This document shows, piece by piece, positions 10,470 through 22,449 of a stretch of DNA of 64,000 nt. Origin of the DNA: Rhodospirillales bacterium. Its GTDB lineage: Bacteria > Pseudomonadota > Alphaproteobacteria > Bin95. The translations under genes and the position numbers were made by a program. Location of the stretch: contig JAYQLI010000035.1 of the NCBI GenBank assembly GCA_038143065.1, positions 32,001-96,000 of the forward strand, written 5' to 3'. Each line of letters opens with the position of its first letter. Within the stretch, counting starts at the first letter, position 1. The notes beneath the pieces are model-generated. The model had not been told where the DNA came from, searched no databases, and worked only from the letters and a program-made list of their open reading frames with translations.

Positions 10470-11177
10470 TCAAATTTTCTGATTTAAGGAACCTGCAATT
10501 TCTTCGAGGATAGCGTTTGCAGCACCTTTCGGGTCTTTGGCTTGCAGAATGGGTCTTCCAACGACAAGTAAATTTGATCCATCCCTTATAGCACTCGCTG
10601 GTGTTGAAATGCGTTTCTGGTCCTGGGCATCGCCTCCTGCTGGTCGGATCCCAGGTGTTACTATGAATGCCGATGGTGGAAGAATATCACGAAGCATTTT
10701 TGCTTCTTGAGCTGAGGCAACTACGCCATCTGCACCTTCATTGATTGCGGTTTGTGCCCTTGAACGCACCAAGGCCGGTGCGCCATCTATCCAGCCTTCA
10801 GCTTTTAGATCGCTTTCATCCATGGAAGTAAGGACAGTAACAGCAACAACTTTAGTGTCTGAATTACCCTTAGTAGTGGAGGCTGCGCGAACTACGGGCG
10901 CTACCGCGTGGACTGTAAGAAGATCTACGCCGAGCCGAACAGCGCCTGAGACAGCATTTGCGACTGTTTGATCAATGTCGTGGAATTTATAATCTAGGAA
11001 AACCTTCTTACCGCCAGCCTTCAGATCTCTGATTAAAGCTTCACCCCCTTGAACAGCTAAGGCCGATCCAACTTTGTGCCATAGGATACTTTCACCCAAA
11101 AACTCAGACATGCGTCGAGCCTGATCGGCATCTTCAGTATCAAGAGCTAGACAAAGGTAGTCTCTGGGATCAGACAT
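10470..11177 (-). CDS. pyrF: Orotidine-5'-phosphate decarboxylase
   Basis: [46 protein letters not shown]; ATG at 11177 preferred. Confidence 0.95.
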   Translation of the reverse strand: MSDPRDYLCLALDTEDADQARRMSEFLGESILWHKVGSALAVQGGEALIRDLKAGGKKVFLDYKFHDIDQTVANAVSGAVRLGVDLLTVHAVAPVVRAASTTKGNSDTKVVAVTVLTSMDESDLKAEGWIDGAPALVRSRAQTAINEGADGVVASAQEAKMLRDILPPSAFIVTPGIRPAGGDAQDQKRISTPASAIRDGSNLLVVGRPILQAKDPKGAANAILEEIAGSLNQKI

Positions 11178-11264
11178 AAAAGTCTCCAAGGTATGGGGTT
11201 GCGCAAGCCCCTTTGGGACGCGACCCTTGAGTTAATACCCGATTCCCTAGTGGAGCGAACCTTT

Positions 11265-12941
11265 ATGAGCCAGCCTTCTGACATCGAAATTGCACGATCT
11301 ACTACTGCAGAACCCATTGATACGATAGCAAATAAGATAGGGGCACCTAGCCACGCTGTCTTACCGTATGGCCGTGACAAGGCAAAGATTGACCTTGATT
11401 GGGCCGTTGAACAAGCGGCTGCCCCTAAGGGCAAATTGATTCTCGTGACTGCGATGACTCCAACTCCTGCTGGCGAAGGAAAAACAACAACAACCGTTGG
11501 GCTTGGCGATGGTCTTCAGAGAATTGGAAAAAATTCTTTAATTTGCTTGCGCGAACCTAGTCTGGGGCCGTGCTTTGGGCAGAAAGGCGGCGCTGCAGGA
11601 GGTGGTTACGCTCAGGTTATCCCAATGGAGGCAATTAATCTTCATTTTACAGGCGATATGCATGCGATTTCTGCTGCGCATAATTTACTCTCTGCGATGG
11701 TCGATAACCATATCTATTGGGGAAATTCCCTTGATCTAGACGCCCGTCGCATAGCGTGGCGGCGGGTTGTTGATATGAATGATCGGGCTCTTCGGCAAAT
11801 AAATGTAAGTTTAGGTGGTGTGGCCAATGGTTATCCAAGAGAAGGGGGATACGACATAACTGTTGCATCTGAGGTGATGGCAATATTATGCCTTTCAAAA
11901 AATTTGGACGACATGCGCACACGTTTTTCTCGCATAGTTGTGGGAGAGAGTAGAGCTCGCAAGGGAATTACTGCTGCTGACCTTAAGGCTGATGGCGCAA
12001 TGACTGTCCTAATGAAGGAGGCATTGGCACCCAATCTTGTGCAAACTTTAGAAGGGACGCCAGCTTTTGTTCACGGTGGTCCTTTTGCTAACATTGCCCA
12101 CGGTTGTAATAGTGTGGTGGCTACTAAAGCAGCTCTTGGGCTCGCAGATTATGTGGTAACCGAAGCAGGTTTTGGCGCTGATCTAGGAGCCGAAAAATTC
12201 TTTGACATAAAGTGCCGGTCTGCCGATTTATCTCCTGATGTAGCTGTTGTGGTAGCTACAGCTAGAGCCCTTAAATTTCATGGTGGAGTTGCGCGGGCGG
12301 ACCTCAATATAGAAAATATTTCTGCTGTTGAGCGTGGATTGGAAAACCTTGGTCGACACTTAGAGAATATTCATAAATATGGCGTGCCAACGGTTGTCGC
12401 TGTCAATTGTTTTAGTGGAGATACGCAGGCCGAGCTCGATGTAATTCATAGTTTTTGTCAAGGTAGAGGTCAGCCTATTGCGATGTGTACCCACTGGGCA
12501 GAGGGGGGACGTGGAGCTGAAGCGCTCGCAACGCTTGTTGCTGAAGTTGCAGATAGTGGAAAAGCGAATTTTAAGCCACTGTATTCGAGTAGCATGCCGC
12601 TAGACCAAAAAATTGAAATAGTGGCTCGAGAAATTTATCGGGCTGACAGTGTTAACTTCTCTAAGTTTGCAGCGGCAAAATTAAAAACATTCCAGGATTA
12701 AGGCTTTGGTGATTTGCCTGTTTGTATGGCTAAAACTCAATACAGTTTCTCTGCTGATCCAGATTTAAAAGGTGCCCCAAAAGGCTACGATATCCCAGTG
12801 CGGGAAGTGCGATTATCAGCAGGAGCAGGGTTTGTTGTAGCGATCTGTGGAGACATCATGACCATGCCGGGCTTACCCAGAAACCCTGCAGCGGAGGAAA
12901 TTGGGTTAAATGATCTGGGGGATACTGTGGGTCTGTTTTAG
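11265..12941 (+). CDS. fhs: Formate--tetrahydrofolate ligase with an in-frame TAA at 12699-12701
   Basis: [54 protein letters not shown]; the same frame continues [17 protein letters not shown]...MPGLP. Confidence 0.92.
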
Positions 12942-12948
12942 AGGCCCT

Positions 12949-13565
12949 CTAATCGGGATTGGCCTGCAAAGCCTTTTTATAGGCGGTTCGAGACGTGAGT
13001 CTGTCCACATATGCAGAAACATTGGGCTTCTCGCTCATGTCAGCATTCAGCCGTTTGGCTGCAATGCATGCATGACCGGTCATGATGTCTGCACCAGTGA
13101 ATTCTCCCGCTAAAAATTCTTCACCGTTTTCTAGTTGTAACTCCACTGCATCAAGGCTTCTGGTAAGAAGTTTTGTTGCTCGGTCGACATTGACTTCATT
13201 GCGACGTTCTGGTGGGAGAAAAACAGTTTCTACCATGATTACATTGACCTGAGGCATCATCATGCCCTCTGAGTAGTGTAACCATTGCAGATATTGCGCA
13301 TAAAGGGGGATTTTACGTCCGGCAGCATCCGGCCAGCCCCATAGCGCGTGAGAATATACTCCACTATCGCTCCCGACTCGTGGATAACCACGCCGTTGTC
13401 TTCCAGCGCTGGAACGCGACCCATTGGATGAACTTTGAGATATTCAGCGGACCGCATTGCTCGGTCTCCGAGCTTGTGAAACTGAATGTCGTAAGGCAGT
13501 CCTAACTCTTCTAACAGCCAAACAATTCTCGTTGATCTAGAACCTGGAGCATGATGCAGCTTCAT
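12949..13565 (-). CDS. Glutathione S-transferase (one frameshift near 13300)
   Basis: SRSTRIVWLLEEL, HPMGRVPAL, ESGAIVEY; C-terminal FLAGEFTGADI. Confidence 0.85.
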
Positions 13566-13569
13566 TGTG

Positions 13570-14616
13570 TTAGGCCTGAATGGCAGGAAGCCCTAGCTTT
13601 CCTGCGAGTTGACCCAATTTTTCCCAGGTCGCATCCTCAATTTCGACGCCTTTGGCAAGTCTCTCTTTCTTTCGGAGGTGTTCTACCTCGCCAGGATAAT
13701 ATACTTCGCTGAAGCCGGATGCTGGAGGGGTTGATTTTAAATACGCACCAAAATCAGCGACTTCTTGCTTAAACGTCGCCAGATTACGAAAGGCCTCAAC
13801 TTTGAAACAAGCAATAAAGCAGCCGTCATTATGACGACCCGTGGGCTCGACGCCAAACCCCAGCCCAGTCAATAAAGCGGACATGATTTCAACCATCGCC
13901 GATAAGGCGTAGCCTTTGAACCCAACATCACCGCCTAGTGGAAGTAACGCTCCTCCGTTGCCGAGCACGCCAGGGTCAGTTGTAGGCTCTCCATCCGCTC
14001 CTATCAACCAACCAGGAGGCACATGCTCGCCTCGTGCCTGTGCCAACTTAATTTTTCCAGCGGCAGCGGCTGCTGTAGATAAGTCAAAGAAAAGGGGGCC
14101 TTCTAAATTAGATGGGACCGCGATTGAGATGGGATTAGTGCCTAGCCGTGCTTCTCGCCCGCCAAAGGGCGCAACTTGCTTTGGTGCTCTGCCGGAGTCT
14201 GCCGTCATGAGACCGATCATGCCCGCCTCTGCTGCCATTAGAGGGTAAGCAGCTACACGGCCAACATGGCCTTGGCGATAAATTGTAGTAGCAGCAACGT
14301 TTTGTGTTTTTGCCTTTTCAATTGTCATTTGCATGGCACGCTCAGTTTGGACATACCCAAACCCCCAATGAGCATCTACCACTGTGGTCGTTGCGCTTTC
14401 CTGTACAACGTCAAATTTTGCACCAGGAACGATATGCCCTTTTTCAATACGATCGCAGTATGTTGGGATTTGGATGATGCCATGACTGTCGTGACCGGCA
14501 AGATTTGCTTCAACGCAGTGCCGGGCTACAGTTTCTGCTTCATCTCTGGGCGCGCCAGAGGCTTCCAAGAGGTCTGCTGCGATACTCCGAAGAGTTTCGG
14601 GAGAAATTCTTGGCAT
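13570..14616 (-). CDS. Ldh_2-family (type 2 malate/lactate, HcxB/YbiC-like) hydroxyacid dehydrogenase
   Basis: ANLAGHDSHG, GHVGRV, LGTNPISIA, KGYALSAMVE, YYPGEVE. Confidence 0.85.
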   Translation of the reverse strand: MPRISPETLRSIAADLLEASGAPRDEAETVARHCVEANLAGHDSHGIIQIPTYCDRIEKGHIVPGAKFDVVQESATTTVVDAHWGFGYVQTERAMQMTIEKAKTQNVAATTIYRQGHVGRVAAYPLMAAEAGMIGLMTADSGRAPKQVAPFGGREARLGTNPISIAVPSNLEGPLFFDLSTAAAAAGKIKLAQARGEHVPPGWLIGADGEPTTDPGVLGNGGALLPLGGDVGFKGYALSAMVEIMSALLTGLGFGVEPTGRHNDGCFIACFKVEAFRNLATFKQEVADFGAYLKSTPPASGFSEVYYPGEVEHLRKKERLAKGVEIEDATWEKLGQLAGKLGLPAIQA

Positions 14617-14620
14617 TATT

Positions 14621-16953
14621 TTAAACCCTTACCTTGGCTTTAGATTTTTTTGACTTCTGTGTTTCCGATCCAGGAAAGCGAAAAGCCAGTTCCTTTCCGC
14701 CCTTTGCCAGTATTACCTCGACAGCACCGCCATCAGAGAGCTTTCCGAATAGAAGTTCCTCAGCCAATGGCTTTTTTATATGTTCCTGTATGATACGGGC
14801 TAGGGGGCGTGCTCCATATTCGGGGCTGTAACCTTTGTCGCCAATCCAAGCACGAGCTTTAGAGGAGATTTCTATTGATACTCCTCGTTCTGCAAGTTGT
14901 CCCTCTAACTCTGCAACAAATTTATCGACGACGCGGTCGATAACTTCTGGCGGCAGTGTTTTGAATGAGATGATTGCATCTAGTCGATTTCTGAATTCTG
15001 GCGTGAACAATTTATTGATTGCTTCTTGATCATCACCCTCCCGAATAGATCGTCCAAAACCTATTGCGGGCTTTGCTAAATCAGCAGCACCTGCGTTAGT
15101 GGTCATTATCAAGATGACGTTTCTGAAATCAACTTGCTTACCAGAATGGTCTGTAAGCTTGCCATGATCCATGATCTGCAGCAGAACGTTATAGACGTCT
15201 GGGTGAGCTTTTTCGATTTCGTCTAGCAGAAGAACAACATGCGGGTTCTTATCGACTGCGTCAGTTAGCATTCCACCTTGATCGAAGCCAACATACCCTG
15301 GTGGGGCACCTATTAGGCGGGATACTGAGTGCCTTTCCATGTACTCAGACATATCAAATCTAACAAGTTCGACGCCAAGTGTTTTTGCAAGTTGTTTGGC
15401 AGCTTCAGTTTTGCCTACCCCTGTTGGACCTGCAAAAAGGTAGTTGCCTATTGGCTTTTCAGGCTGCCTTAAGCCTGCGCGAGCCAATTTAACCGCGCAT
15501 GCTAGCGCTTCAATTGCTGGGCCCTGTCCAAAAACTGCAGCCTTTAGATCTGCTTCTAAGGTTCCCAGTGCTTGTTTGTCATCTCGACTGACTGATTTTG
15601 GCGGAATTCGTGCGATCTTTGCTACGATTGCCTCGACATCTTTTATGCCGATCGTTTTTTTCTTCGACTTTCTGGAAGTAACATTTGCGCAGCACCAACT
15701 TCATCGATGACATCGATCGCTTTATCGGGCAGCTTGCGGTCATTAATGTATCTAGCTGAAAGCTCGACGGCAGTTCTTATCGCATCGCGAGTGAAGCGCA
15801 CTTGGTGGTGTTCTTCATACTCAGGCTTTAAGCCCATCATAATCTTAATAGCGTCGTCTACAGAAGGTTCGTTTACGTCAATTTTCTGGAACCGACGAAC
15901 CAGAGCTCGGTCTTTTTCAAAATACGAGCGGTATTCCTTGTATGTAGTTGAGCCGATACACCTAAGGGATCCAGAAGCGAGGGCTGGTTTAAGAAGATTG
16001 GAAGCATCCATTGAGCCACCAGATGTAGCACCGGCACCAATCATCGTATGGATTTCGTCGATAAATAAAATTGAGCCAGGCCTATCTTCGAGCTCCTTCA
16101 AAACGGCCTTAATCCGTTCCTCAAAGTCACCTCGATAGCGAGTTCCAGCTAATAAAGAACCCATATCCAGAGCGTAAATAACTGCATCGGATAATACGTC
16201 TGGGGTCTCACCTTCCACTATTCGGCGAGCTAACCCCTCTGCTATTGCAGTTTTACCAACGCCCGGATCACCAACTAAAAGCGGGTTATTTTTGGTTCTC
16301 CGGCAAAGGATTTGGATGAGTCGTTCAAGTTCTGGGCCACGACCAATTAAAGGATCGATGCTTCCATCCTCTGCCTTTTCATTCAAGTCGACGCAGTATG
16401 CTTCAAGAGCCTCAGCTCCAGATTTGTGTTCGTCCTGTTCATCGCCCTGGTTGCCACGTTCTTGGTTGCGGCGCTCTTGCTCTCCCTCGGGTCTACGGCG
16501 TTCATTTTTTCCAGGAGCTTTGGCGACGCCGTGCGAAATATATTGAACGGCATCAAGTCGAGTCATGTCCTGCTGGTGAAGATAAAAAACAGCGTGACTT
16601 TCTCGTTCCGAGAAAAGAGCAACTAAAACGTTAGCGCCTGTGACTTCTTCTCTGCCGGACGACTGTACATGAATTGCAGCCCGCTGCAGCACTCGCTGGA
16701 AGCCGGCTGTCGGTTTAGGATCATTTTCGTCAGATTCAGTCGCTATGATGCTGCCGAACTCACTCTCTACATATTTAACCAGATTTGCCCGAAGTTTTTC
16801 CACATCCACGGCACAAGCAGTTAATACCGCTAATGCATCTCGATCATCCATCAAAGCAATCAGGAGGTGCTCCAGCGTCGCATATTCATGCCTATGATCA
16901 CGCGCAGTTCCAATCGCTCGGTGTAATGTATCTTCAAGGTTGCGGGACAGCAT
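14621..16953 (-). CDS. clpA: ATP-dependent Clp protease ATP-binding subunit ClpA (one frameshift at the T-run 15655-15661)
   Basis: [11 protein letters not shown]-domain, Walker A GDPGVGKT and [20 protein letters not shown] loop (PAIGFG); downstream of clpS. Confidence 0.95.
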
Positions 16954-16981
16954 TTATTAGGTCCCTCCACAGATTAGAGAA

Positions 16982-17347
16982 TTATTCTTTTTCTAGCGTA
17001 AGCTGGAGTGGATGCTCATGTCGACGGGCAAATTCCACAACTTCAGTAACTTTTGTTTCAGCAACTTCATAGGTGTAAACGCCACATATCCCGATTCCCC
17101 GCCGATGGACGTGCAACATTACTTGAGTTGCTTCTTCACGCGACTTTCGGAAAAAAGACTCCAAATCATGCAGCACAAATTGCATTGGAGTGTAGTCGTC
17201 ATTCAGCATTAAGACCTTATACATGGAAGGTTTTTTGGTCTTTGGCTTAGACTTTAAAGCGACACCTGTGTCTGTGCCATTGTCGCTTATATTTTCGTTA
17301 TCATCGCTCATTTCGTTATGAGGATCCTCTTTGTGGGCACACGTCAA
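16982..17347 (-). CDS. clpS: Clp protease adaptor ClpS (true start may be MSDD)
   Basis: [36 protein letters not shown]; directly upstream of clpA. Confidence 0.93.
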   Translation of the reverse strand: MTCAHKEDPHNEMSDDNENISDNGTDTGVALKSKPKTKKPSMYKVLMLNDDYTPMQFVLHDLESFFRKSREEATQVMLHVHRRGIGICGVYTYEVAETKVTEVVEFARRHEHPLQLTLEKE

Positions 17348-17398
17348 ATTCTATATTAAAGAATATGGCGGTCTTGCAGAACAAGGAAAGGGCTGGTG

Positions 17399-18917
17399 TC
17401 ACTCTTCATTCTTGGAAAGATTAACAGCAAGCTTTCTAGCGCTGCTTTCCAAATATTTTCGATCGACTTTATTTGTGCTTGCGAGTGGCAGAGCATCAAG
17501 GAAAAAAATCATTCTAGGATGCGCATAAGCTGGTCCATTTTTCAGAGTAAATTTTCTCAATTCGTCTTCATTTGCAGCATTTTTCGAGGCCAGAACAACA
17601 AACGCAACAGGAGCCTGGCCTTTAACGCTATGAGGCACAGAAACTACTGCCGACTGGGCAACTGCCGGGTGCTTTTCCAGTATTGCCTCGACCTCTGCCG
17701 GATAAACATTTTCTCCACCGCAATTAAACATGTCATCCATTCGAGAGACGAACCAGTAAAAACCGTCGTTATCACGGCGCAGGACATCGCCGGTACGAAA
17801 CCAACCATCCCCCGGTAGTTTTGCTGATGAAGCATCTGGTAAATTATGATAGCCCAGCATCACTCCTGGGTTTCGAACCCAAAGTTCTCCTGTAGCAGGT
17901 CCGCCTTCATCAGTGGGTTCAGAGGGATCTTCCACTAGCATGGTGTCACCTCCAGAAAGAGGGAAGCCACAAGACCCAATTGGGCGTGGGAGGCCGTCAG
18001 GATGATCACCAAACATTCTCGGCCCCCCTCTGTAACGCCATATTGAATGGTAATTTTGGGGTTGTTAAATGTTTCTTGCACTTGCCGAATTAATAGAGGA
18101 GCCGCCAGAGCGGAGCCCATAGATACCTCGCGCACAGAGGTTAGGTTAGTACTTTTTAATAGATCTTTTTCCAACATCAGCATGGAAATCATGGCTGGAA
18201 CACCCGAAATCGTTTCGGGTCGATAATCTTCAATTGCTTGTATATAGGTCCTAGCATCAAAACGAGGCATAAGAACTATGCGGGCTCCTTTTGCGAACGC
18301 AGTTTTTGTCACCATCAAGGCGTTCTTGTGATAGAGCGGAGCGGCTACTAAGAAAGTACTGTCTGCTGTTGCCCATTTTGCTGTAGTCGGTCCCCACATC
18401 TGGCCTGCATGGCTGAGTAAAACGCCTTTGGGTTTGCCTGTAGACCCAGATGTGTAAGGCTGAAGTGCTACTGTATCGGTGGAAGGCACGAATGGATCAA
18501 ATGGCCCTGGATCAAGAAAACGGTCAAATTCTTCACCGAATTGGATTGCTGGAACATTTTCAGGGATCAGATGTTCAAACTCTTTCTCCGTGAACAGAAG
18601 TTTGCATCCGGCATCTTCCAAAATGTAAGAAATAATATCGGGAGACAGCTTGATATTAATTGGAGCTGGAACGAAACCACCTCGCATAGCCCCAAAGAAA
18701 ACTCCCAAATATTCGTGCCTATTTAATGATAGGACACCAACACGATCTCCGGTGTTGAGACCAAATCTTTAAGTCCTCGAGCAACAGCATTTGATAGATC
18801 ATCAATGTCATCAAAGGTGAGTGTCTTTTCTTGACCGTTTGCAAGATCGATCAGCGCTCTACGGTTCTGGCCTAAATGATCGGAAAAAATGCAGCCTAAA
18901 TTCGCTTTACTAGGCAT
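17399..18917 (-). CDS. Class I adenylate-forming enzyme (acyl-CoA synthetase), two frameshifts
   Basis: YTSGSTGKPKG, QYGVTEGG, GELWVRNPGVMLGY, WFRTGD, GGENVYPAEVE, LPLASTNKVDR. Confidence 0.85.
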
Positions 18918-18998
18918 GATAGAATTTCCTAATTTTTTTAAAGTTTTTTTTAAAAGTTTAAACATTTCAAATTTTTATAAAATTTTATTCCAGTTAAA

Positions 18999-19325
18999 TC
19001 ACAATAGACTTTGGGTGTGATTCGGTAACTTTAACATAAGGCCATCATCATCTGCAGTTAGTACAATTTGACAACCGAGCCGGCTGGTAGCCGATACCCC
19101 GGGAACAAGGTCTAATAGTGAGTCTTCCTCTTCGCTCGGAGGCGGTAGGCGATCAAAATCATGTTCCTCGAGGATCACATGACATGTCGAGCAGGCCATG
19201 GAGCCTTCACAGTCACCTTCGATTTCCAAATTGAGCCGCCAAGCAAGCGCTAATATTGATTCTCCAACATTCCCCTCGACCTCTTGAGGCGGCTTTCCTT
19301 CTCTTTGAAAAATCACTCTTGGCAT
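18999..19325 (-). CDS. fdx: 2Fe-2S ferredoxin (ISC/adrenodoxin type)
   Basis: GDCEGSMACSTCHV...SRLGCQI. Confidence 0.92.
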   Translation of the reverse strand: MPRVIFQREGKPPQEVEGNVGESILALAWRLNLEIEGDCEGSMACSTCHVILEEHDFDRLPPPSEEEDSLLDLVPGVSATSRLGCQIVLTADDDGLMLKLPNHTQSLL

Positions 19326-19339
19326 TGCACTTTAACGTT

Positions 19340-20499
19340 TTAGTCGTCAGAGCTTCGAAAACTAGCAGCGGATGCGAGGGTTTGAGCAGCGCTTTCAATT
19401 TCCGCGTAGGTTGTCATTCTGCCAAAACCAATTCGAAGAGCGCCCTCTGCCTCTGCGGCGCTAGCTGAAATAGCTTGAAGCACATAAGAAGGCTCAACGG
19501 CTGCAGATGAGCAAGCAGAACCCGTTGAAATCGCGATATTTGGAGCGTTCTTCATTACCTGCAGAGCCGAAATTCCTTCAAAGGATATGTTTAAATTTCC
19601 GGCAACCGGTTGGTCATAGAACCATTAACCTTAAATTTTGCTCCCAAGTTTTCCAGAATATTGCAAAATTGAGTACGGAAGAGCAGTAACTGTTCTGCCT
19701 CAGTTTCCATTTCTTCTAGTGCTATTTCAGCGGCTGAGCCAAATCCAACGCAAAGGGCAGCTGGAACAGTCCCAGATCTCAATCCGCGTTCTTGCCCGCC
19801 ACCTTGAAAGATTGGTAAAAGTCGGGCTCTTGGCCGACGGCGCACATACAATGCACCTATCCCTTTTGGGCCATACATCTTATGTGCAGAAATGCTTGCA
19901 AGATCAACGCATATATTGTTGAAATTCATGGGAATTTTTCCAATTGCTTGCGCTGCATCGACGTGGAGTAGGGCTCCTGCTGCCCTTGTTAGCTCTCCAG
20001 CTTCTTCAATCGGTTGTATGGTTCCAATTTCATTATTTGCTGCCATCAGAGACACCAAAGACGTTGGTTTTTTAAGAGCTTCCCTCAAGGCATCGAGATT
20101 AGCGAAACCTTCTGATGTAACCGGTAGAATTTCGACTTCGAAGCCTTCTTCTTTTAAGGACAGGGCGGACTCCAAAACGCATTTATGTTCAAAGGCAAAA
20201 ATAAGCACACGTTTAACTCCATCACCCATTCGGGCCCGAAAGCGTGCTGCGCCCATAATTGCAAGATTGTTAGATTCGGTGGCACCTGATGTGAAAACAA
20301 TTTCTCTGGAGTCAGCTCCGATAAGCCTTGCAAGTTTTTGTCGTGCGGCCTCGACGGCTAATTCCGCCTTTTGGCCAAACTGGTGCTGTGTTGAGTGTGG
20401 ATTGCCAAAGTCTTGACGCAGAAACGGCAACATAGCTTCCAGTGCTCTGGAATCCAACGGCGTTGTTGCTTGGTAATCAAGATAAATAGCGCTTGTCAT
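19340..20499 (-). CDS. iscS: Cysteine desulfurase, IscS-like (one frameshift near 19595)
   Basis: IYLDYQATTP, FTSGATESNN, SAHKMYGPKG, QERGLRSGT, ISTGSACSS. Confidence 0.88.
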
Positions 20500-21617
20500 T
20501 GATCCAGGCCCATCGCATCTTTGCGAACCTTTTTACTATATAAATTGCTCCAAGCTTGCACGAAGCTGTCAACCTCCTCTTGGGTTGTTTCTGGCCCGAG
20601 ACTTACTCGAATTGTTGAGTTGGCCTGCTCCTCAGAAACACCCATTGCCATCAATACGTGGCTGGATGTCACCTTTCCTGAAGAACAGGCAGCACCAGCA
20701 GAAACAGCAAAGCCCGCTAGGTCGAATGCTATAACTTGAGTTTCGGCTCTAGTACCTGTCATCGATATAGCGGACGTATTTGAAAGACGAGGAGCTTCCG
20801 TTCCAGCTATGTAACATCCAGGATGAATTCTTCGTATACCTGCCTCCAGCCGATTGCGAAGATTACAAACGAACTCAGCCGAAGATAGCCTCGTTGAAAT
20901 TTCTGTTAATGCGCCATTAAAACCGGCAATTCCGAATACGTTTTCGGTTCCTCCTCGAATTCCTCGTTCTTGGCCGCCGCCTAAGATGATGGGTTTTGGA
21001 GATAGTCCATTTCTAAATACAGCGGCTCCTACCCCCAAGGGGCCTCCGATCTTCGATGCTGACAGAGCTATCGCATCTGCACCTAATGACCCTATATCGA
21101 TCTCCAATTTCCCAAAGGCTTGTGCGCAATCAACTGCGAGCAAGCCTCCAGCAGAGTGGACGATGTCAGCGACCTCCTCAACGGGTTGAATTACACCTGT
21201 CTCATTATTTGCCAGCATCAATGCTACGACTGCGTCGCTTCCATCTTTACCTAAAAGGTGCTTGAGAGAATCACAGTCAATCTGGCCATTATTCTTGACT
21301 GTAATAAACGAGGCACCCGGCGCATTCCCGAGAACAGCAGAGTGTTCGATCGCCGATACAATCAGCCGCCTGCGGTTTGAAAGTCGCAAAATTAGCGCAC
21401 AAGCTTCAGTACCAGAACTTGTAAAAGTTATGTCCTCGTATCGAGCTCCAACAGCGCTGGCAAGACTAGCGCGCGTGTCTTCTATAACCTGGTGAGCATA
21501 GCGACCATATTTGTGCACAGAGGATGGATTTGCTTGATGCTCCATAGCCGCCTTCATAGCTGCTCGGGCGCCCGATGATAGTGGCGCTGCAGCGTTGTAG
21601 TCCAAATATACGGTCAT
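20496..21617 (-). CDS. Cysteine desulfurase, NifS-like paralog
   Basis: YLDYNAAAP, LANNETGVIQP, SASKIGGPLG, GGQERGIRGGTEN, VSAGAACSSG; ATGA overlap with iscS. Confidence 0.88.
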   Translation of the reverse strand: MTVYLDYNAAAPLSSGARAAMKAAMEHQANPSSVHKYGRYAHQVIEDTRASLASAVGARYEDITFTSSGTEACALILRLSNRRRLIVSAIEHSAVLGNAPGASFITVKNNGQIDCDSLKHLLGKDGSDAVVALMLANNETGVIQPVEEVADIVHSAGGLLAVDCAQAFGKLEIDIGSLGADAIALSASKIGGPLGVGAAVFRNGLSPKPIILGGGQERGIRGGTENVFGIAGFNGALTEISTRLSSAEFVCNLRNRLEAGIRRIHPGCYIAGTEAPRLSNTSAISMTGTRAETQVIAFDLAGFAVSAGAACSSGKVTSSHVLMAMGVSEEQANSTIRVSLGPETTQEEVDSFVQAWSNLYSKKVRKDAMGLDQ

Positions 21618-21747
21618 ATGTTATTGCGTCGTCACGCCCTCAGAGGTCTTCTTGAAAATAACCCAAAAAAAGCGCATTTCTACACATTAAGTCATTAATG
21701 ATTAAAAATGTTCAGTTTAACTGCGCTCCAGATAAAGAAAGCAAATC

Positions 21748-22449
21748 ATGGCAGAAGTTATAATAACTGGCCCTGAAGGACGTTTGGAAGGCCGATATCA
21801 TCATGTCGAGTCCAGTACAGCTCCCTTGGCAGTGATCTTACATCCTCATCCTCAGTACGGTGGAAATATGAATAACCGTGTTGTGCAAGGGCTTGCCCAT
21901 ATGTTTGCAAAGCGCGGGTTTGGCACACTTCGGTTTAACTTTCGTGGTGTAGGTCGATCTCAAGGCCAGTACGGTCGAGGTGAAGGTGAGTTGATGGATG
22001 CAGCAGCAGCCCTTGATTGGCTGCAAACTCTGAAACCAGAGTCAAAAACTGTATGGGTAGCAGGTTTTTCATTCGGTGCTTGGATTGGCATGCAGCTTCT
22101 GATGCGACGTCCTGAAATGGGAGGCTTCATTTCAATTTCCCCGCCGGCGAACATGTATGATTTTTCTTTCTTGGCACCTTGCCCATCTTCAGGGCTCATA
22201 ATTCACGGTGATGCAGACGAAATTGTGCCCCAGGAGGCCGTTTTACGTTTGGTGGATAAATTGGCGCTCCAAAAAGGTATCATCGTTGATTACGAAAATA
22301 TTGAAGGGGCGGGGCATCTCTTTGGAAAAAAACTTGAGATGATGTTAGGGCGTTGTGAGGCTTACCTTGATAGAAGAATTGAGGAAGACGGCATCTTCCA
22401 ATCTGTATCAGCTGAAGAGGCAGCCGATTTGGCGACTGCCGTTGGTTAG
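21748..22449 (+). CDS. Conserved alpha/beta hydrolase typically encoded next to alphaproteobacterial isc/suf genes
   Basis: HPHPQYGGNMNN, RFNFRGVGRSQG, GFSFG, YDFSFLAPCPSSG. Confidence 0.88.
   Translation: MAEVIITGPEGRLEGRYHHVESSTAPLAVILHPHPQYGGNMNNRVVQGLAHMFAKRGFGTLRFNFRGVGRSQGQYGRGEGELMDAAAALDWLQTLKPESKTVWVAGFSFGAWIGMQLLMRRPEMGGFISISPPANMYDFSFLAPCPSSGLIIHGDADEIVPQEAVLRLVDKLALQKGIIVDYENIEGAGHLFGKKLEMMLGRCEAYLDRRIEEDGIFQSVSAEEAADLATAVG

Noticed and set aside
11178-11264. GC-rich hairpin GGGGTTGCGCAAGCCCC-TTT upstream of fhs, considered as a ZTP or THF riboswitch
   Set aside because: The 87-bp divergent spacer lacks the recalled conserved riboswitch motifs and must also hold two promoters; an Rfam scan would settle it
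17160-17200. ClpS reads PMQFVLHDL rather than the usual PMEFVVHVL
   Set aside because: N-degron-binding residues (NDD, M, H) are intact, and clustered substitutions fit the error level of this assembly
18918-18998. Extremely AT-rich spacer with T-runs, and the ORF extension to 18965
   Set aside because: Consistent with an ordinary promoter spacer; no iterons or DnaA-box cluster seen; the ligase more plausibly starts at ATG 18917
21686-21705. Repeated TTAA and palindrome TCATTAATGA between the desulfurase operon and the hydrolase, considered as a CtrA or iron box
   Set aside because: Spacing does not fit TTAA-N7-TTAA and I could not match an IscR or RirA consensus
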